A stretch of DNA of 64,000 nt from an uncultured Thermodesulfobacteriota bacterium (GCA_964605225.1 CAZSAY010000003.1:1863-65862); one strand, 5' to 3'; positions 33,154 through 42,997 are shown, numbered from the stretch's first letter. Program-made: numbers and translations. Notes: a model not told the origin generated them from the sequence alone.

Positions 33154-33645
33154 AGGCCGGGGGTGCCCGGACACGAAGTTTTCTGAAAAAACTTTGCTGA
33201 AGAGATTACAAAATCCACGAGTGCGCGCCACCTCTTGGCAGGCGCTCCCATGGAGCCTCGCTTTAATGAAAAGTAACCTGCAATAACCTTGAAGACCACT
33301 TTGAAAGAAGCCGCCCTGGCGGCATATATCCATTTTGCGCCTTGCCCGCTTAAAAAAGGGGCCCCCTTACCTCTCAAATCCCCCCAATGATATCCTTTTT
33401 TGTTTATCCCCCTTATATCCACGGATTATCCTCTTTTTTCCCTGTTTTTCAACCTCTCTATGTTTTTTAGCTTGATTTTTTTTGTCCCGGTCATCTATGC
33501 CCTGGGCGAGGACCCTCTTTGCCACTGTAGTTATAAGGCCAATGAGGCCAGCGATATGCCCCGGGTTCAAGGCCGCGCAACAAGACCGGGCCGCAAGGCC
33601 TGGAAAATTAATATGGGTCTACAGGCTTGATATGGCAAATATGCC

Positions 33646-33674
33646 TTGACAAAAAAATTAGGGAAGAATATAGT
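33646..33674 (+). promoter_or_regulatory. Pmra-like sigma70 promoter of the dcw cluster
   Basis: TTGACA (33646-33651), 17-nt spacer, TATAGT (33669-33674), 116 nt upstream of the mraZ ATG. Confidence 0.55.
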
Positions 33675-33685
33675 TGAGGCGTACG

Positions 33686-33715
33686 GTGGGATGAAGTGGT
33701 ATAAAGTGGTATAAA
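33686..33715 (+). promoter_or_regulatory. Candidate MraZ operator: three direct 10-bp repeats GTGGGATGAA / GTGGTATAAA / GTGGTATAAA
   Basis: Three contiguous GTGG(G/T)AT(G/A)AA units lie just downstream of the -10 element. MraZ is known to bind arrays of direct GTGG-type repeats at its own promoter. Confidence 0.55.
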
Positions 33716-33789
33716 AGTCTCTTTCAGTGGCATCAATTCTCTCGATAAAGAGGGGACATGTAACCAGGTAAAGTCAGGGGGTTTCAGCG

Positions 33790-34224
33790 ATGTTCAGGGG
33801 CAGATTTGAGCATACCATCGACTCCAAGGGCAGGCTTAGCATACCATCGCGGCTCCGTGAGACCCTTAACGAGAGGTACGACTCAAAGCTTGTTGTAACC
33901 ACATACGATGGTTGTCTCGTGGCCTATCCCCTGATGGAATGGGAGAAGCTGGAGGCAAAGATAGCGGAGTTGCCCGAGTTCAAGAAGGATACGCGGGCCT
34001 TTCTCCGTTTTTTTTATTCAAGCGCCGCTGATTGCGCCATAGACAGGCTGGGGCGCATCCTTATCCCCCAGGCCCTCCGTGATTACGCCGGTTTTGAGAA
34101 GGATGTGGTCCTAATAGGGGCCTTCAGGCAGATTGAGATATGGTCAAGAGAGGCCTGGGACAAGGCCGAAGGCGATGTATCGGCCGATGAGATCGGTAAC
34201 ACCCTTGAACGCCTCGGCCTCTAA
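33790..34224 (+). CDS. mraZ: Transcriptional regulator MraZ
   Basis: MFRGRFEHTIDSKGRLSIPSRLRE and a second SpoVT/AbrB-like repeat (DRLGRILIPQALRDYA) are present. It is the first gene of the dcw cluster. Confidence 0.9.
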   Translation: MFRGRFEHTIDSKGRLSIPSRLRETLNERYDSKLVVTTYDGCLVAYPLMEWEKLEAKIAELPEFKKDTRAFLRFFYSSAADCAIDRLGRILIPQALRDYAGFEKDVVLIGAFRQIEIWSREAWDKAEGDVSADEIGNTLERLGL

Positions 34225-34226
34225 TT

Positions 34227-35162
34227 ATGGGATACGCGCATCTGCCCGTGATGACCGGAGAGGTCGTTCGGTACCTTAATTGCCGGGCAGGCGGTCTGTA
34301 TATTGACGGAACGCTTGGCGGCGGTGGCCATGGCGAGGCTATCTTAAAGGCCTCGGCTCCAGACGGCATCCTCATAGGTATAGACCGTGACGAGGCGGCC
34401 ATAAGGCAGGCCGAGAAGGCCCTGAAGGCATATAAAAACAGGATTATTCTCGTAAGGGCTGATTTTGGAGAGATAAAAGAGATCCTTGTGGAGAGGGGTT
34501 TTAGTGAGGTAGACGGCATAGTGCTTGATCTTGGTGTATCATCCTATCAGCTTGACGAGGCGGCCCGTGGGTTCAGCTTCAGGTTTAACGCCCCCCTTGA
34601 TATGCGGATGGACAGAGGCGGTGGAGTTACAGCCTATGACCTTGTCAATAACCTTGGTCTTGATGAGCTTGCAGGGATAATAAGACGTTATGGAGAAGAG
34701 AGGTTCTCCATGAGGATCGCAAGGGCTATCGTAAGGGCGCGGGAGCTAAAACCCGTTGAGACCACGGGGGAGCTCTCGGAGCTTATCTCGGAGGCCATAC
34801 CAAGGCGCTTTCACGGAACCAGGATACACCCGGCCACAAGGACCTTTCAGGCCATCAGGATAGCCGTTAACAGTGAGCTTGAGGCATTGGAAAGTGGACT
34901 CTCCGATGGCATGGGGCTACTTAAGAAGGGCGGGCGGATGGTAGTCATATCATATCATTCATTAGAGGACAGGATTACGAAGAGGGCCTTTAAAGAGGGC
35001 GCTTCGCCATGTGAGTGCCCGCCGGACTTTCCGCGCTGTGTATGCGGGAAAAAAGCGAGCCTCAAGATTCTTACAGGCCGGGTGGTAAAGGCCGGCGCCC
35101 TTGAGGTGCGCGGTAACCCGCGGGCGAGGAGCGCGAAGCTCCGGGCCGTTCAGAAGATATAG
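34227..35162 (+). CDS. rsmH: 16S rRNA (cytosine1402-N4)-methyltransferase
   Basis: HLPVM...YIDGTLGGGGH, DLGVSSYQLD and ISYHSLEDR motifs are present, in dcw position. Confidence 0.9.
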   Translation: MGYAHLPVMTGEVVRYLNCRAGGLYIDGTLGGGGHGEAILKASAPDGILIGIDRDEAAIRQAEKALKAYKNRIILVRADFGEIKEILVERGFSEVDGIVLDLGVSSYQLDEAARGFSFRFNAPLDMRMDRGGGVTAYDLVNNLGLDELAGIIRRYGEERFSMRIARAIVRARELKPVETTGELSELISEAIPRRFHGTRIHPATRTFQAIRIAVNSELEALESGLSDGMGLLKKGGRMVVISYHSLEDRITKRAFKEGASPCECPPDFPRCVCGKKASLKILTGRVVKAGALEVRGNPRARSAKLRAVQKI

Positions 35163-35283
35163 ACCCCATACTCCGGGGAAGCAGGTAAAGGAAAAAGAAT
35201 TGCCGCAGGCATTTATCAAGAGATTGGGCTTTGGCGGGGCATTGAAGGGGCAGAAGGTCAAGGCGAGGAGAAGCCCCCGTGAC

Positions 35284-35550
35284 ATGAGGTTTATCTCCTC
35301 TGCGTTCCTCGTTTCTCTGGCCATTATGGGCGTGCTCTTTTTTTACATATGGTGCAGGCTTACCGTTGTGAGCATGGGGTATGAGATATCAAAGGCCAAT
35401 ATGGAGCGCAATGCCCTTGTGGAGCGCAATAGACGTCTGAAGATTGATTTTCTGGAGCTTAAATCGCCTCAACGCATAGAGCGGATAGCCATAAATGAGC
35501 TTGGCCTTGTGCACCCCTCGGAGGGACAGATAATAAAGGTCGGTCAGTGA
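35284..35550 (+). CDS. ftsL: Cell division protein FtsL
   Basis: A small bitopic protein with a TM segment (FLVSLAIMGVLFFYIW) followed by a coiled coil, sitting between rsmH and ftsI. The start is chosen at ATG 35284 inside track ORF 35101..35550. Confidence 0.7.
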   Translation: MRFISSAFLVSLAIMGVLFFYIWCRLTVVSMGYEISKANMERNALVERNRRLKIDFLELKSPQRIERIAINELGLVHPSEGQIIKVGQ

Positions 35551-37499
35551 AGAAAAAAAAGCAGAAAAAAAATAATATAAGGCCAAGGGTCTTTGTTGTC
35601 CTTGCCTTCTTTATCGCCGCATTTTCGCTCATATTCATGAGGGCCTTTGAGCTTCAGGTCATAGAGGGCGATGCGCTAAAAAAGATGGCCACGCGCCAAC
35701 ACGTCCGTTCCGTTAATCTTAAATCAAAGAGGGGCGGGATATATGACAGGAACCGGAAGGAGCTTGCCATAAGCATTGACGTTGATTCCGTCTACGCCCA
35801 GCCCAAGGTGATAGGGTCTGTGAGGAGCGCCTCGCGCGCCCTTGCCCCCATTACCGGAATGAGCGCGAGGGTCATTAAAAAACGGCTCACCTCGGGCAAG
35901 AGTTTTGTCTGGCTGAAACGGCAGATAGACCTTAATGAGAACGAGCGGGAGAAGATAGCGGCCATGGGGGGCGTGGGAATCATCAAGGAGAGCAGGCGTT
36001 ATTACCCCAACAAGGGCCTTGCCGCCAACCTTATCGGCTTTACAGGTGTGGACTCTAACGGGCTTGAGGGGATAGAGCATTCGTATAACAGGTATCTTGT
36101 GGGCACGGCAGAGAAGATAAGCGGCGGCAGGGATGCGCGCGGCCGTCTCATACTCTATGGCGACACGGATAAGGATGTCCCTGTAGAGGGGATGAGCGTT
36201 GAGCTTACCATTGACAAGACCATTCAATATGTAACGGAAAGCGCCCTCAATAAGGCCGTGGAGAGCTCAGGCGCAAAGGGTGGCATGGCAGTAGTGCTCT
36301 CTCCTGTAACGGGCGAGGTCCTTGCCATGGCCACGGCCCCTGGATTTAACCCCAATGCCCTGCACCGGTCCTCGCCTGCGCTATGGCGTAACCGCGCCGT
36401 AACCGATGCATATGAGCCTGGTTCCGTAATGAAGGTTTTTCTTGTGGCAGGGGCCCTTGAGGACGGTCTGGTACGGCCCGATGATATATTCTTTTGCGAG
36501 AACGGCAGGTACAGGGTGGCCGACCGGGTCCTTCACGACGCCGAAAAAAACGGCTGGCTCTCAGTATCAAATATCATAAAGTTCTCAAGCAACATAGGCG
36601 CCTCGAAGATAGCCGAGAAGATGGGTAGAGAGAGGCTTCATAGTGTGTACAGTGCATTCGGTATGGGAAGTAAAACAGGTCTTGATCTTCCCGGCGAGAC
36701 AAGCGGGTCGTTACTTGATGTGAAAAAGTGGTCCGGCGTAACACTTCATACCCTTGCCTTTGGACAAGGGTTATCTGTCTCGTCCATACAGCTTGCCACG
36801 GCCCTCGGGGCCATAGCCAACGGAGGGTTTCTCATGAGACCCTATATTGTAAAAGAGGTTAAGGGCGAAGGCGCAGTGCCGGTGAAAGAGAATAACCCCG
36901 TCATAGTAAGGAGGGTTATCTCGGCAAAGACGGCAAAGACCATAAGAGATATGATGGTAAGTGTTACCTCCAGGGGAGGCACGGGAGAGAAGGCGGCCCT
37001 CCGGGGCTTTACTGTTGCCGGAAAGACGGGCACCGCTCAAAAACCGGATTTTAATAAGGGCGGGTACAAGAGAGGCGCCTATGTATCGAGTTTCTTCGGC
37101 TTTTTGCCTGCCGAGAACCCTGTTCTCACCATCGTTGTTACCCTTGACGAGCCTACGAAAGGTCATTATGGCGGAGAAGTGGCGGCCCCTGCTTTTAAGG
37201 AAATCGCCGCCAAGAGTCTGGCCTATCTTGGTGTGACTCCAAATGGGACGGCAGTGGTAAGGCCTGTAAAGCGGGGCAAAGCCCACGTGGCCCTTGATTC
37301 CGGCCGGAGAAAGAGCAAGAGTCTCCGTGAGGGCTTTACCCCTGATTTTACGGGACTTACAATGAGAAAGGTCATGAAGATATCCAGCGAAGGCTCCTTT
37401 AATATAAAGATGGTTGGCGGTGGAGTCGCCTTTCGCCAGAACCCCGGGCCGGGTAGGCCCTTGAATGGCGCCAAGGTAGTGAAGGTCTGGTTTCAGTGA
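35547..37499 (+). CDS. ftsI: Peptidoglycan D,D-transpeptidase FtsI (class B PBP) with a C-terminal PASTA-like domain
   Basis: An N-terminal TM anchor is present. The transpeptidase motifs are SVMK (SxxK), SSN and KTGT. The last ~55 aa resemble a PASTA fold (PDFTGLTMRKVMKI...VAFRQNPGPGRPL...VKVWF). Confidence 0.85.
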   Translation: MKKKKQKKNNIRPRVFVVLAFFIAAFSLIFMRAFELQVIEGDALKKMATRQHVRSVNLKSKRGGIYDRNRKELAISIDVDSVYAQPKVIGSVRSASRALAPITGMSARVIKKRLTSGKSFVWLKRQIDLNENEREKIAAMGGVGIIKESRRYYPNKGLAANLIGFTGVDSNGLEGIEHSYNRYLVGTAEKISGGRDARGRLILYGDTDKDVPVEGMSVELTIDKTIQYVTESALNKAVESSGAKGGMAVVLSPVTGEVLAMATAPGFNPNALHRSSPALWRNRAVTDAYEPGSVMKVFLVAGALEDGLVRPDDIFFCENGRYRVADRVLHDAEKNGWLSVSNIIKFSSNIGASKIAEKMGRERLHSVYSAFGMGSKTGLDLPGETSGSLLDVKKWSGVTLHTLAFGQGLSVSSIQLATALGAIANGGFLMRPYIVKEVKGEGAVPVKENNPVIVRRVISAKTAKTIRDMMVSVTSRGGTGEKAALRGFTVAGKTGTAQKPDFNKGGYKRGAYVSSFFGFLPAENPVLTIVVTLDEPTKGHYGGEVAAPAFKEIAAKSLAYLGVTPNGTAVVRPVKRGKAHVALDSGRRKSKSLREGFTPDFTGLTMRKVMKISSEGSFNIKMVGGGVAFRQNPGPGRPLNGAKVVKVWFQ

Positions 37500-37526
37500 G
37501 GCGCAATGGAGTGTCAGGTATAGCGG

Positions 37527-39047
37527 ATGAGGGTTAAAGAGTTAAAAAATGTGCTGGAGGGTTGTATTATTATTGGTCCTGAAGATATAGAGGTAAGTGA
37601 GATTACCTGCGATTCAAGGGCTGTCCTTGACGATAAGTGCCTCTTTGCCGCTGTCCCGGGGGTAGAGGCCGACGGATATTCTTTTATATCGGATGCCCTG
37701 GATAACGGCGCAAGCTCTGTTCTTACTCCAAGGCGATGGAAGGGGGATGGCGGCGGCAGGACCATAACGGAGATTATAGTCCCCGAGGTAAGAGAGGCCC
37801 TTGGCCGCGCCTCGGCCAGTATCTACGGCGAGCCCTCAGAGGGGCTTACGCTCGTTGGCGTCACCGGCACAAACGGCAAGACAACGGTCACTTATATGCT
37901 CGATTCCATATTCAGCGCCTGTGGTTTCGAGACCGGCCTCATCGGCACGGTAAGTTACAGGTTCGGGAGTAAGATCGTACCCGCGCCGAGGACAACGCCA
38001 GATGCACCCACCCTGCAGAGGCTATTAAGGGATATGAGAGAGGCCGGGGTGACACATTGCGCCATGGAGGTCTCATCCCATGGCCTTGACCAGAAGAGGG
38101 TTGGGGGGTGCGGCTTTGACGCGGCGGTATTTACGAACCTTACGCACGAGCACATGGATTATCACAGAAGTGAAGAGGATTATTTCAAGGCCAAGTCCTA
38201 TCTGTTTACACTCCTGAAAAAGGGCGGCTTTCCGGTAATAAATATAGATGACCCCTGGGGCAGGCGCCTTGCCGGGACCCTTTCGGAACCCGTTACCACG
38301 GGGCTCACAAAAGAGGCTCTCATACACCCGAGAGGGGCTACGGTCACCGAAGATGGCATTGAGGCCCTTGTGGAGACACCGGCGGGGCCGGTATCTGTCT
38401 CCACAACCGTAACGGGCGGCTTTAATCTCTCTAATATCCTCTGCGCCATAGGCGTTGCTTTTGGTCTCGGCATAGAGCGCGGGCAGATGGAGAGGGGGTT
38501 AAGGGAATTTAAAGGCGTGCCCGGCAGGGTTGAGCGTATTAAAGTGGAAGGACGGGAGTTGCCCTACAGCGCCTATGTGGATTACGCCCATACGCCTGAC
38601 GCCATTGTCCGGCTACTCGGGGCCGCAAGGGAGATAGGCCGCGGAAGGATTATACTTGTCTTCGGCTGTGGCGGAGATAGAGACAGGACAAAGAGGGCCG
38701 AGATGGGAGAGGCCGCCGCGAGGGGCGCCGATATTATTATAATAACATCCGATAATCCCCGCAACGAGGACCCAATGGCCATAATCAGCGATATCACCGT
38801 TGGCCTGAAGCACGTAAAATATTATGAGGCAGGAAAACTCACGGATATCCCCGGGGGCAAGAAGGCATACACGGTCATCGCCGATAGAGGCGAGGCCATA
38901 AGAGAGGCCGTTGCCATGGCCCGCAGGGGCGACACCTTGCTCCTTGCCGGCAAGGGGCATGAGGACTATCAGATACTTGGTGACAAGAGGCTTGATTTTC
39001 AGGATGCAATAGAGCTGCGAAGAGCCATGAGGGTAAGCTGTGATTGA
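37527..39047 (+). CDS. murE: UDP-N-acetylmuramoyl-L-alanyl-D-glutamate--2,6-diaminopimelate ligase
   Basis: The P-loop GVTGTNGKTT and the DNPR motif (ITSDNPRNEDP, indicating meso-DAP specificity) are present, in dcw position. Confidence 0.9.
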   Translation: MRVKELKNVLEGCIIIGPEDIEVSEITCDSRAVLDDKCLFAAVPGVEADGYSFISDALDNGASSVLTPRRWKGDGGGRTITEIIVPEVREALGRASASIYGEPSEGLTLVGVTGTNGKTTVTYMLDSIFSACGFETGLIGTVSYRFGSKIVPAPRTTPDAPTLQRLLRDMREAGVTHCAMEVSSHGLDQKRVGGCGFDAAVFTNLTHEHMDYHRSEEDYFKAKSYLFTLLKKGGFPVINIDDPWGRRLAGTLSEPVTTGLTKEALIHPRGATVTEDGIEALVETPAGPVSVSTTVTGGFNLSNILCAIGVAFGLGIERGQMERGLREFKGVPGRVERIKVEGRELPYSAYVDYAHTPDAIVRLLGAAREIGRGRIILVFGCGGDRDRTKRAEMGEAAARGADIIIITSDNPRNEDPMAIISDITVGLKHVKYYEAGKLTDIPGGKKAYTVIADRGEAIREAVAMARRGDTLLLAGKGHEDYQILGDKRLDFQDAIELRRAMRVSCD

Positions 39048-40458
39048 TATAACGGGCATAATAGAGGCTACGGGCGGGACCCCTTCCGGGGGAAACGGCG
39101 CCGAGGTCCTTGGCGTCTCCGTTGATACAAGGACCCTGAAGGCTGGAGACCTCTTTTTTGCCATAGATGGACCTAACTTCGATGGTCACAGGTTTATAGA
39201 TGAGGCCTTTTGTAAGGGCGCGGCCGCGGTTGTGGCACAAAAGGGATCGGGGTGCGAATCCCATGAAAGCGGCGGCCTTGTCATCTCTGTTGACGATACC
39301 GTAAGGGCCCTCGGGGACTTTGGCGCCTTTATGAGGCGGCGTTTTAAGACCCCCCTTGTAGCCGTTGCCGGGAGTACAGGCAAGACTACGACAAAAGAGA
39401 TGATAGCCTCCATATTATCTCGCGACAGGGCCGTATTAAAGACAGAGGGTAATAAAAATAACACCATAGGCCTTCCCCTTACCCTTGCGGGGCTACGCGA
39501 GGAGCACAGCCTGGCCGTAGTGGAGCTTGGCATAAGCGTCCCCGGCGAGATGGCCAGGCTTGTTGAGATAGCGGAACCTGATGTGGCCATCGTTACCAAT
39601 ATCGGGAGGGCCCATCTTGAGAACTTCAGCGGTCTTGAGGCCATTAGCCGGGAGAAGGGGCAGTTATATAAGATGGCCCGGCCCCGTTGCGTGAAGATAG
39701 TAAACATAGACGACCCCCTTGCCGCGGCCGCCGCGGACCTTGATTCATTAAGGCGCTCCGGTATGGAATACGTAACCTTCAGCGCACGCGCGATGGCCGA
39801 TGTGCGGGCCCTTTCGCAAAAAAAGCTTGATGGCCTTAGCGGCACGCTCGTAACATTTGAGGTGAGAGGAGAGGTCTTTGATGTGAGGCTCGGGGTTCCG
39901 GGGCTCTTTAATGTCTCAAACGCCCTTGCCGCTATCGCCGCGGCCTTGCCCCTTGGCGTATATCTTGATGATATACGCGAGGGGCTTGCCGCCTTTACCG
40001 GGCTTGGCGGCAGGATGGAGGTATCACGGCTTGGCTGGATAACCCTCCTTGATGATACATATAACGCCAATCCCGATTCTCTTGACGCGGCCCTTGAGAC
40101 GCTGGCGGGCTCGAGGGGAAGAAAGGTGGCGGTTATCGGCGAGATGTGTGAGCTTGGCGAGGCCTCGAAGCGCGCCCATTTTGAGGCTGGCGCCAAGGCC
40201 GCCGAGGTAGGCATGGATATCGTGGTAGCCGTGGGAGATTGGTCAAAAACAGTGGCCGCAGGTGCCGTGGATGGCGGTATGAGGCAAGAGGAAATCTTTG
40301 CCTTCAAGGATAAAAAGTCGGCCCTTACGGCCCTGCGGGGACATATATTAAAAGAAGGCGATGTGGTCCTTGTAAAGGGATCGAGAGCGGCGGGTATGGA
40401 GTTTATTACAGAAGGACTTAAGAGCGAGGGGGGTGCCTCTTGCGAGGCATGTGGTTAA
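39040..40458 (+). CDS. murF: UDP-N-acetylmuramoyl-tripeptide--D-alanyl-D-alanine ligase
   Basis: AVAGSTGKTTTKEM and DDTYNANP motifs are present. It overlaps the murE stop. Confidence 0.9.
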   Translation: MIDITGIIEATGGTPSGGNGAEVLGVSVDTRTLKAGDLFFAIDGPNFDGHRFIDEAFCKGAAAVVAQKGSGCESHESGGLVISVDDTVRALGDFGAFMRRRFKTPLVAVAGSTGKTTTKEMIASILSRDRAVLKTEGNKNNTIGLPLTLAGLREEHSLAVVELGISVPGEMARLVEIAEPDVAIVTNIGRAHLENFSGLEAISREKGQLYKMARPRCVKIVNIDDPLAAAAADLDSLRRSGMEYVTFSARAMADVRALSQKKLDGLSGTLVTFEVRGEVFDVRLGVPGLFNVSNALAAIAAALPLGVYLDDIREGLAAFTGLGGRMEVSRLGWITLLDDTYNANPDSLDAALETLAGSRGRKVAVIGEMCELGEASKRAHFEAGAKAAEVGMDIVVAVGDWSKTVAAGAVDGGMRQEEIFAFKDKKSALTALRGHILKEGDVVLVKGSRAAGMEFITEGLKSEGGASCEACG

Positions 40459-40464
40459 AAAGGC

Positions 40465-41538
40465 ATGTTCTATCATTTTCTATTCCCTCTGGCGAAGTAC
40501 CATACGATATTCAACGTCTTTCAGTATATAACCTTCAGAACCATATACGCGGCCGTTACATCGCTGGTATTGAGTTTTTTATTGGGGCCCTATCTCATAG
40601 GCAGGCTGAAGGCGCTGAAGGTGCAGGACGTGGTGCGCCAGGACGGACCGCCGACGCACGCGAGCAAAGAGGGTACCCCTACCATGGGAGGGGGGATAAT
40701 CATCCTCGTGGTAATCTCCTCCGTGGCGCTCTGGGGTAACTTTTCCAACTCCTTTATCTGGCTACTCCTCTTTGTTACGGTGGGCATGGGAGTTATAGGT
40801 TTTATAGATGACCTTAAGAAGGTCAGGCATAGAGACAAGAGGGGGCTTAGCGCAAGGGTCAAGATAATCTCACAGGCGGCGGTGGCCCTTTGTGCGGCCG
40901 TTTTTCTCTACGGTACTGGTTTTGATACGGTTGTGACCATACCTTTTTTAAAGGATGTCGCCATTGATATGAAGTTTTTATACATACCCTTTGTAATGCT
41001 CGTTATCGTGGGCTCTTCCAACGCCGTTAATCTTACGGACGGCCTTGATGGCCTTGCCATAGGTCCCATGATAATCTCCATGGGCACATATATGCTTCTG
41101 GCCTATGTAACGGGGCATACGAAGATAGCGGCCTATCTGCATATCATGCATGTATCCAACGCGGCGGAGGTAACCGTGTTCGCGGGGGCTATCGTAGGTG
41201 CGAGCCTTGGTTTTTTGTGGTTCAACACCTATCCCGCACAGGTCTTCATGGGGGACGTAGGCTCGCTTTCACTCGGCGGGGCGCTTGGCACTATCGCGGT
41301 TATGACGAAACATGAGGCCCTGCTCCTTATCGTTGGCGGGATATTCGTTGTCGAGGCCCTCTCGGTGATGTTTCAGGTAGGCTCCTTTAAACTAACGGGC
41401 AAGAGGGTTTTTGCCATGGCCCCCATACATCATCACTACGAGCTGAAGGGGTGGGCGGAGCCGAAGATAATTGTAAGGTTTTGGATAATTTCCATAATAT
41501 TAGCGCTTATCGCCGTAAGTACACTGAAGATAAGGTAG
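40465..41538 (+). CDS. mraY: Phospho-N-acetylmuramoyl-pentapeptide transferase
   Basis: A polytopic membrane protein with PTMGG, NAVNLTDGLDGLA and MGDVGSL...G motifs. Confidence 0.9.
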   Translation: MFYHFLFPLAKYHTIFNVFQYITFRTIYAAVTSLVLSFLLGPYLIGRLKALKVQDVVRQDGPPTHASKEGTPTMGGGIIILVVISSVALWGNFSNSFIWLLLFVTVGMGVIGFIDDLKKVRHRDKRGLSARVKIISQAAVALCAAVFLYGTGFDTVVTIPFLKDVAIDMKFLYIPFVMLVIVGSSNAVNLTDGLDGLAIGPMIISMGTYMLLAYVTGHTKIAAYLHIMHVSNAAEVTVFAGAIVGASLGFLWFNTYPAQVFMGDVGSLSLGGALGTIAVMTKHEALLLIVGGIFVVEALSVMFQVGSFKLTGKRVFAMAPIHHHYELKGWAEPKIIVRFWIISIILALIAVSTLKIR

Positions 41539-41547
41539 AGAGGCGCG

Positions 41548-42972
41548 ATGAATACAGCGGTGGATAAAGTGATGGTGAATTCAGAGACCCCGGGGCCGGA
41601 CAGTCTTCTCCCGGAGGATGCCTTAAGGGGGCGAAGGGTCCTTGTCGTGGGGCTTGGCCTTACGGGTAAGGCCGTGGCGAGGTTTCTCTTTTCCCGAGGG
41701 GCCTCTGTAACGGCCACTGATAGCCGCCCCGGGAGGGCGCTCGGTGAGATGGAAGACCTTCGGGAGATGGGCATAGAGATCAAGGCCGGAGGGTTCAGAA
41801 AAGAGGATTTTTCAGGGGCCGGGCTTATCGTCATAAGCCCCGGAGTGCCGGCCTCCAACCCCCTTCTTGAAGAGGCCCGGGCAAAGGGCGTTGAGGTTAT
41901 AGGGGGACTGGAGCTTGCCTGCCGTTTTATTAAAGCCCCCGTGATTGCCGTAGCCGGAACCAATGGAAAGTCCACGGTAACGAGCCTTATCGGCGAGATA
42001 TTGCAGGGGTCGGGGCAAAGCGCCTTTGTCGGCGGCAACATCGGGACCCCTGTTGTTGATTATTTTTTAAGTGAGACCCCGGCGAGCCGATGCGTACTTG
42101 AGGTCAGCAGCTTTCAGCTTGAGTCCATAGCGGAGTTCAAGCCCCATATAGCCGTCCTCTTGAATATAACGGAGGACCACCTTGATAGATACAGCGGTTT
42201 TGATGAGTACTCAGCCGTAAAGTTCAGGATATTTGATAATCAGGACCGTGGGGACTACGCCATTGTGAACGCCTCTGACGAGGTAATAAGGGCCGGGATG
42301 CTAAGCGGCGCGGCCCGTCACGGCGGGGCCGAACGCATACCCTTTAACTGCACCACAGGTGTAAAGACGGGGCTCTATGAAGATGGAGAAAATATCGTCT
42401 TTGCACTTCATGGTGTTCTTGAGTCCTATCCCATGGAGGGGACGGGTCTCAAGGGCGCCCATAATATTGAGAACGCCATGGCCGCCATAGCCGCGCTCCG
42501 CCTCTCGGGCGTAAGCCCCGAGTCCGTCCGGAGGGGGTTAAGGTCTTTTAAGGGCCTTGCGCACAGGATGGAGTTTGTAAGAGAGAGAGGCGGCGTCTCT
42601 TATGTCAATGATTCCAAGGGCACAAATACGGGGGCCCTTCTGATGGCCCTTCGGAGTACCCCGGCTCCCGTTGTCCTTATAGCGGGCGGAAGGGACAAGC
42701 AGGGAGATTACGGTCTTTTGACCGCAGAGGTGACGCGTAAAGTCAAGCTCCTTATCGCCATAGGCGAGGCCGCTCCAAGGCTTGAGGAGTCTTTCTCTGG
42801 TATTATCAAGGTAAAGAGGGCCTCTTCCATGGAAGAGGCTGTGCGCATTGCGGCAGACGAGGCCGCCTCCGGTGATACGGTCTTATTGTCACCTGCGTGC
42901 TCAAGTTTTGATATGTTCAAGGATTTTAAGGAACGCGGCAGGGCCTTCGAGGCCCTTGTGCGCGCCCTCTAA
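41548..42972 (+). CDS. murD: UDP-N-acetylmuramoylalanine--D-glutamate ligase
   Basis: VVGLGLTGKA (N-terminal Rossmann motif), AVAGTNGKSTV and NDSKGTN motifs are present. Confidence 0.9.
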   Translation: MNTAVDKVMVNSETPGPDSLLPEDALRGRRVLVVGLGLTGKAVARFLFSRGASVTATDSRPGRALGEMEDLREMGIEIKAGGFRKEDFSGAGLIVISPGVPASNPLLEEARAKGVEVIGGLELACRFIKAPVIAVAGTNGKSTVTSLIGEILQGSGQSAFVGGNIGTPVVDYFLSETPASRCVLEVSSFQLESIAEFKPHIAVLLNITEDHLDRYSGFDEYSAVKFRIFDNQDRGDYAIVNASDEVIRAGMLSGAARHGGAERIPFNCTTGVKTGLYEDGENIVFALHGVLESYPMEGTGLKGAHNIENAMAAIAALRLSGVSPESVRRGLRSFKGLAHRMEFVRERGGVSYVNDSKGTNTGALLMALRSTPAPVVLIAGGRDKQGDYGLLTAEVTRKVKLLIAIGEAAPRLEESFSGIIKVKRASSMEEAVRIAADEAASGDTVLLSPACSSFDMFKDFKERGRAFEALVRAL

Positions 42973-42997
42973 GCGTTATTATTAAGGAAAGAGTCTC

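Noticed and set aside
33367-33630. Small ORFs (67 aa minus, 76 aa plus) upstream of mraZ as real genes
   Set aside because: They overlap each other on opposite strands and lack clear Shine-Dalgarno sequences and known motifs. They are kept only as part of an 'unassigned tract' observation.
39186-40307. 373-aa minus-strand ORF
   Set aside because: It is antisense to murF, with a Ser/Ala/Pro/Arg-rich low-information composition. Similar antisense shadows occur at 44205-45029 (murG), 49071-49889 (ftsA), 27103-27894 (DHH-CCA gene), 54953-55720 and 57324-57983.
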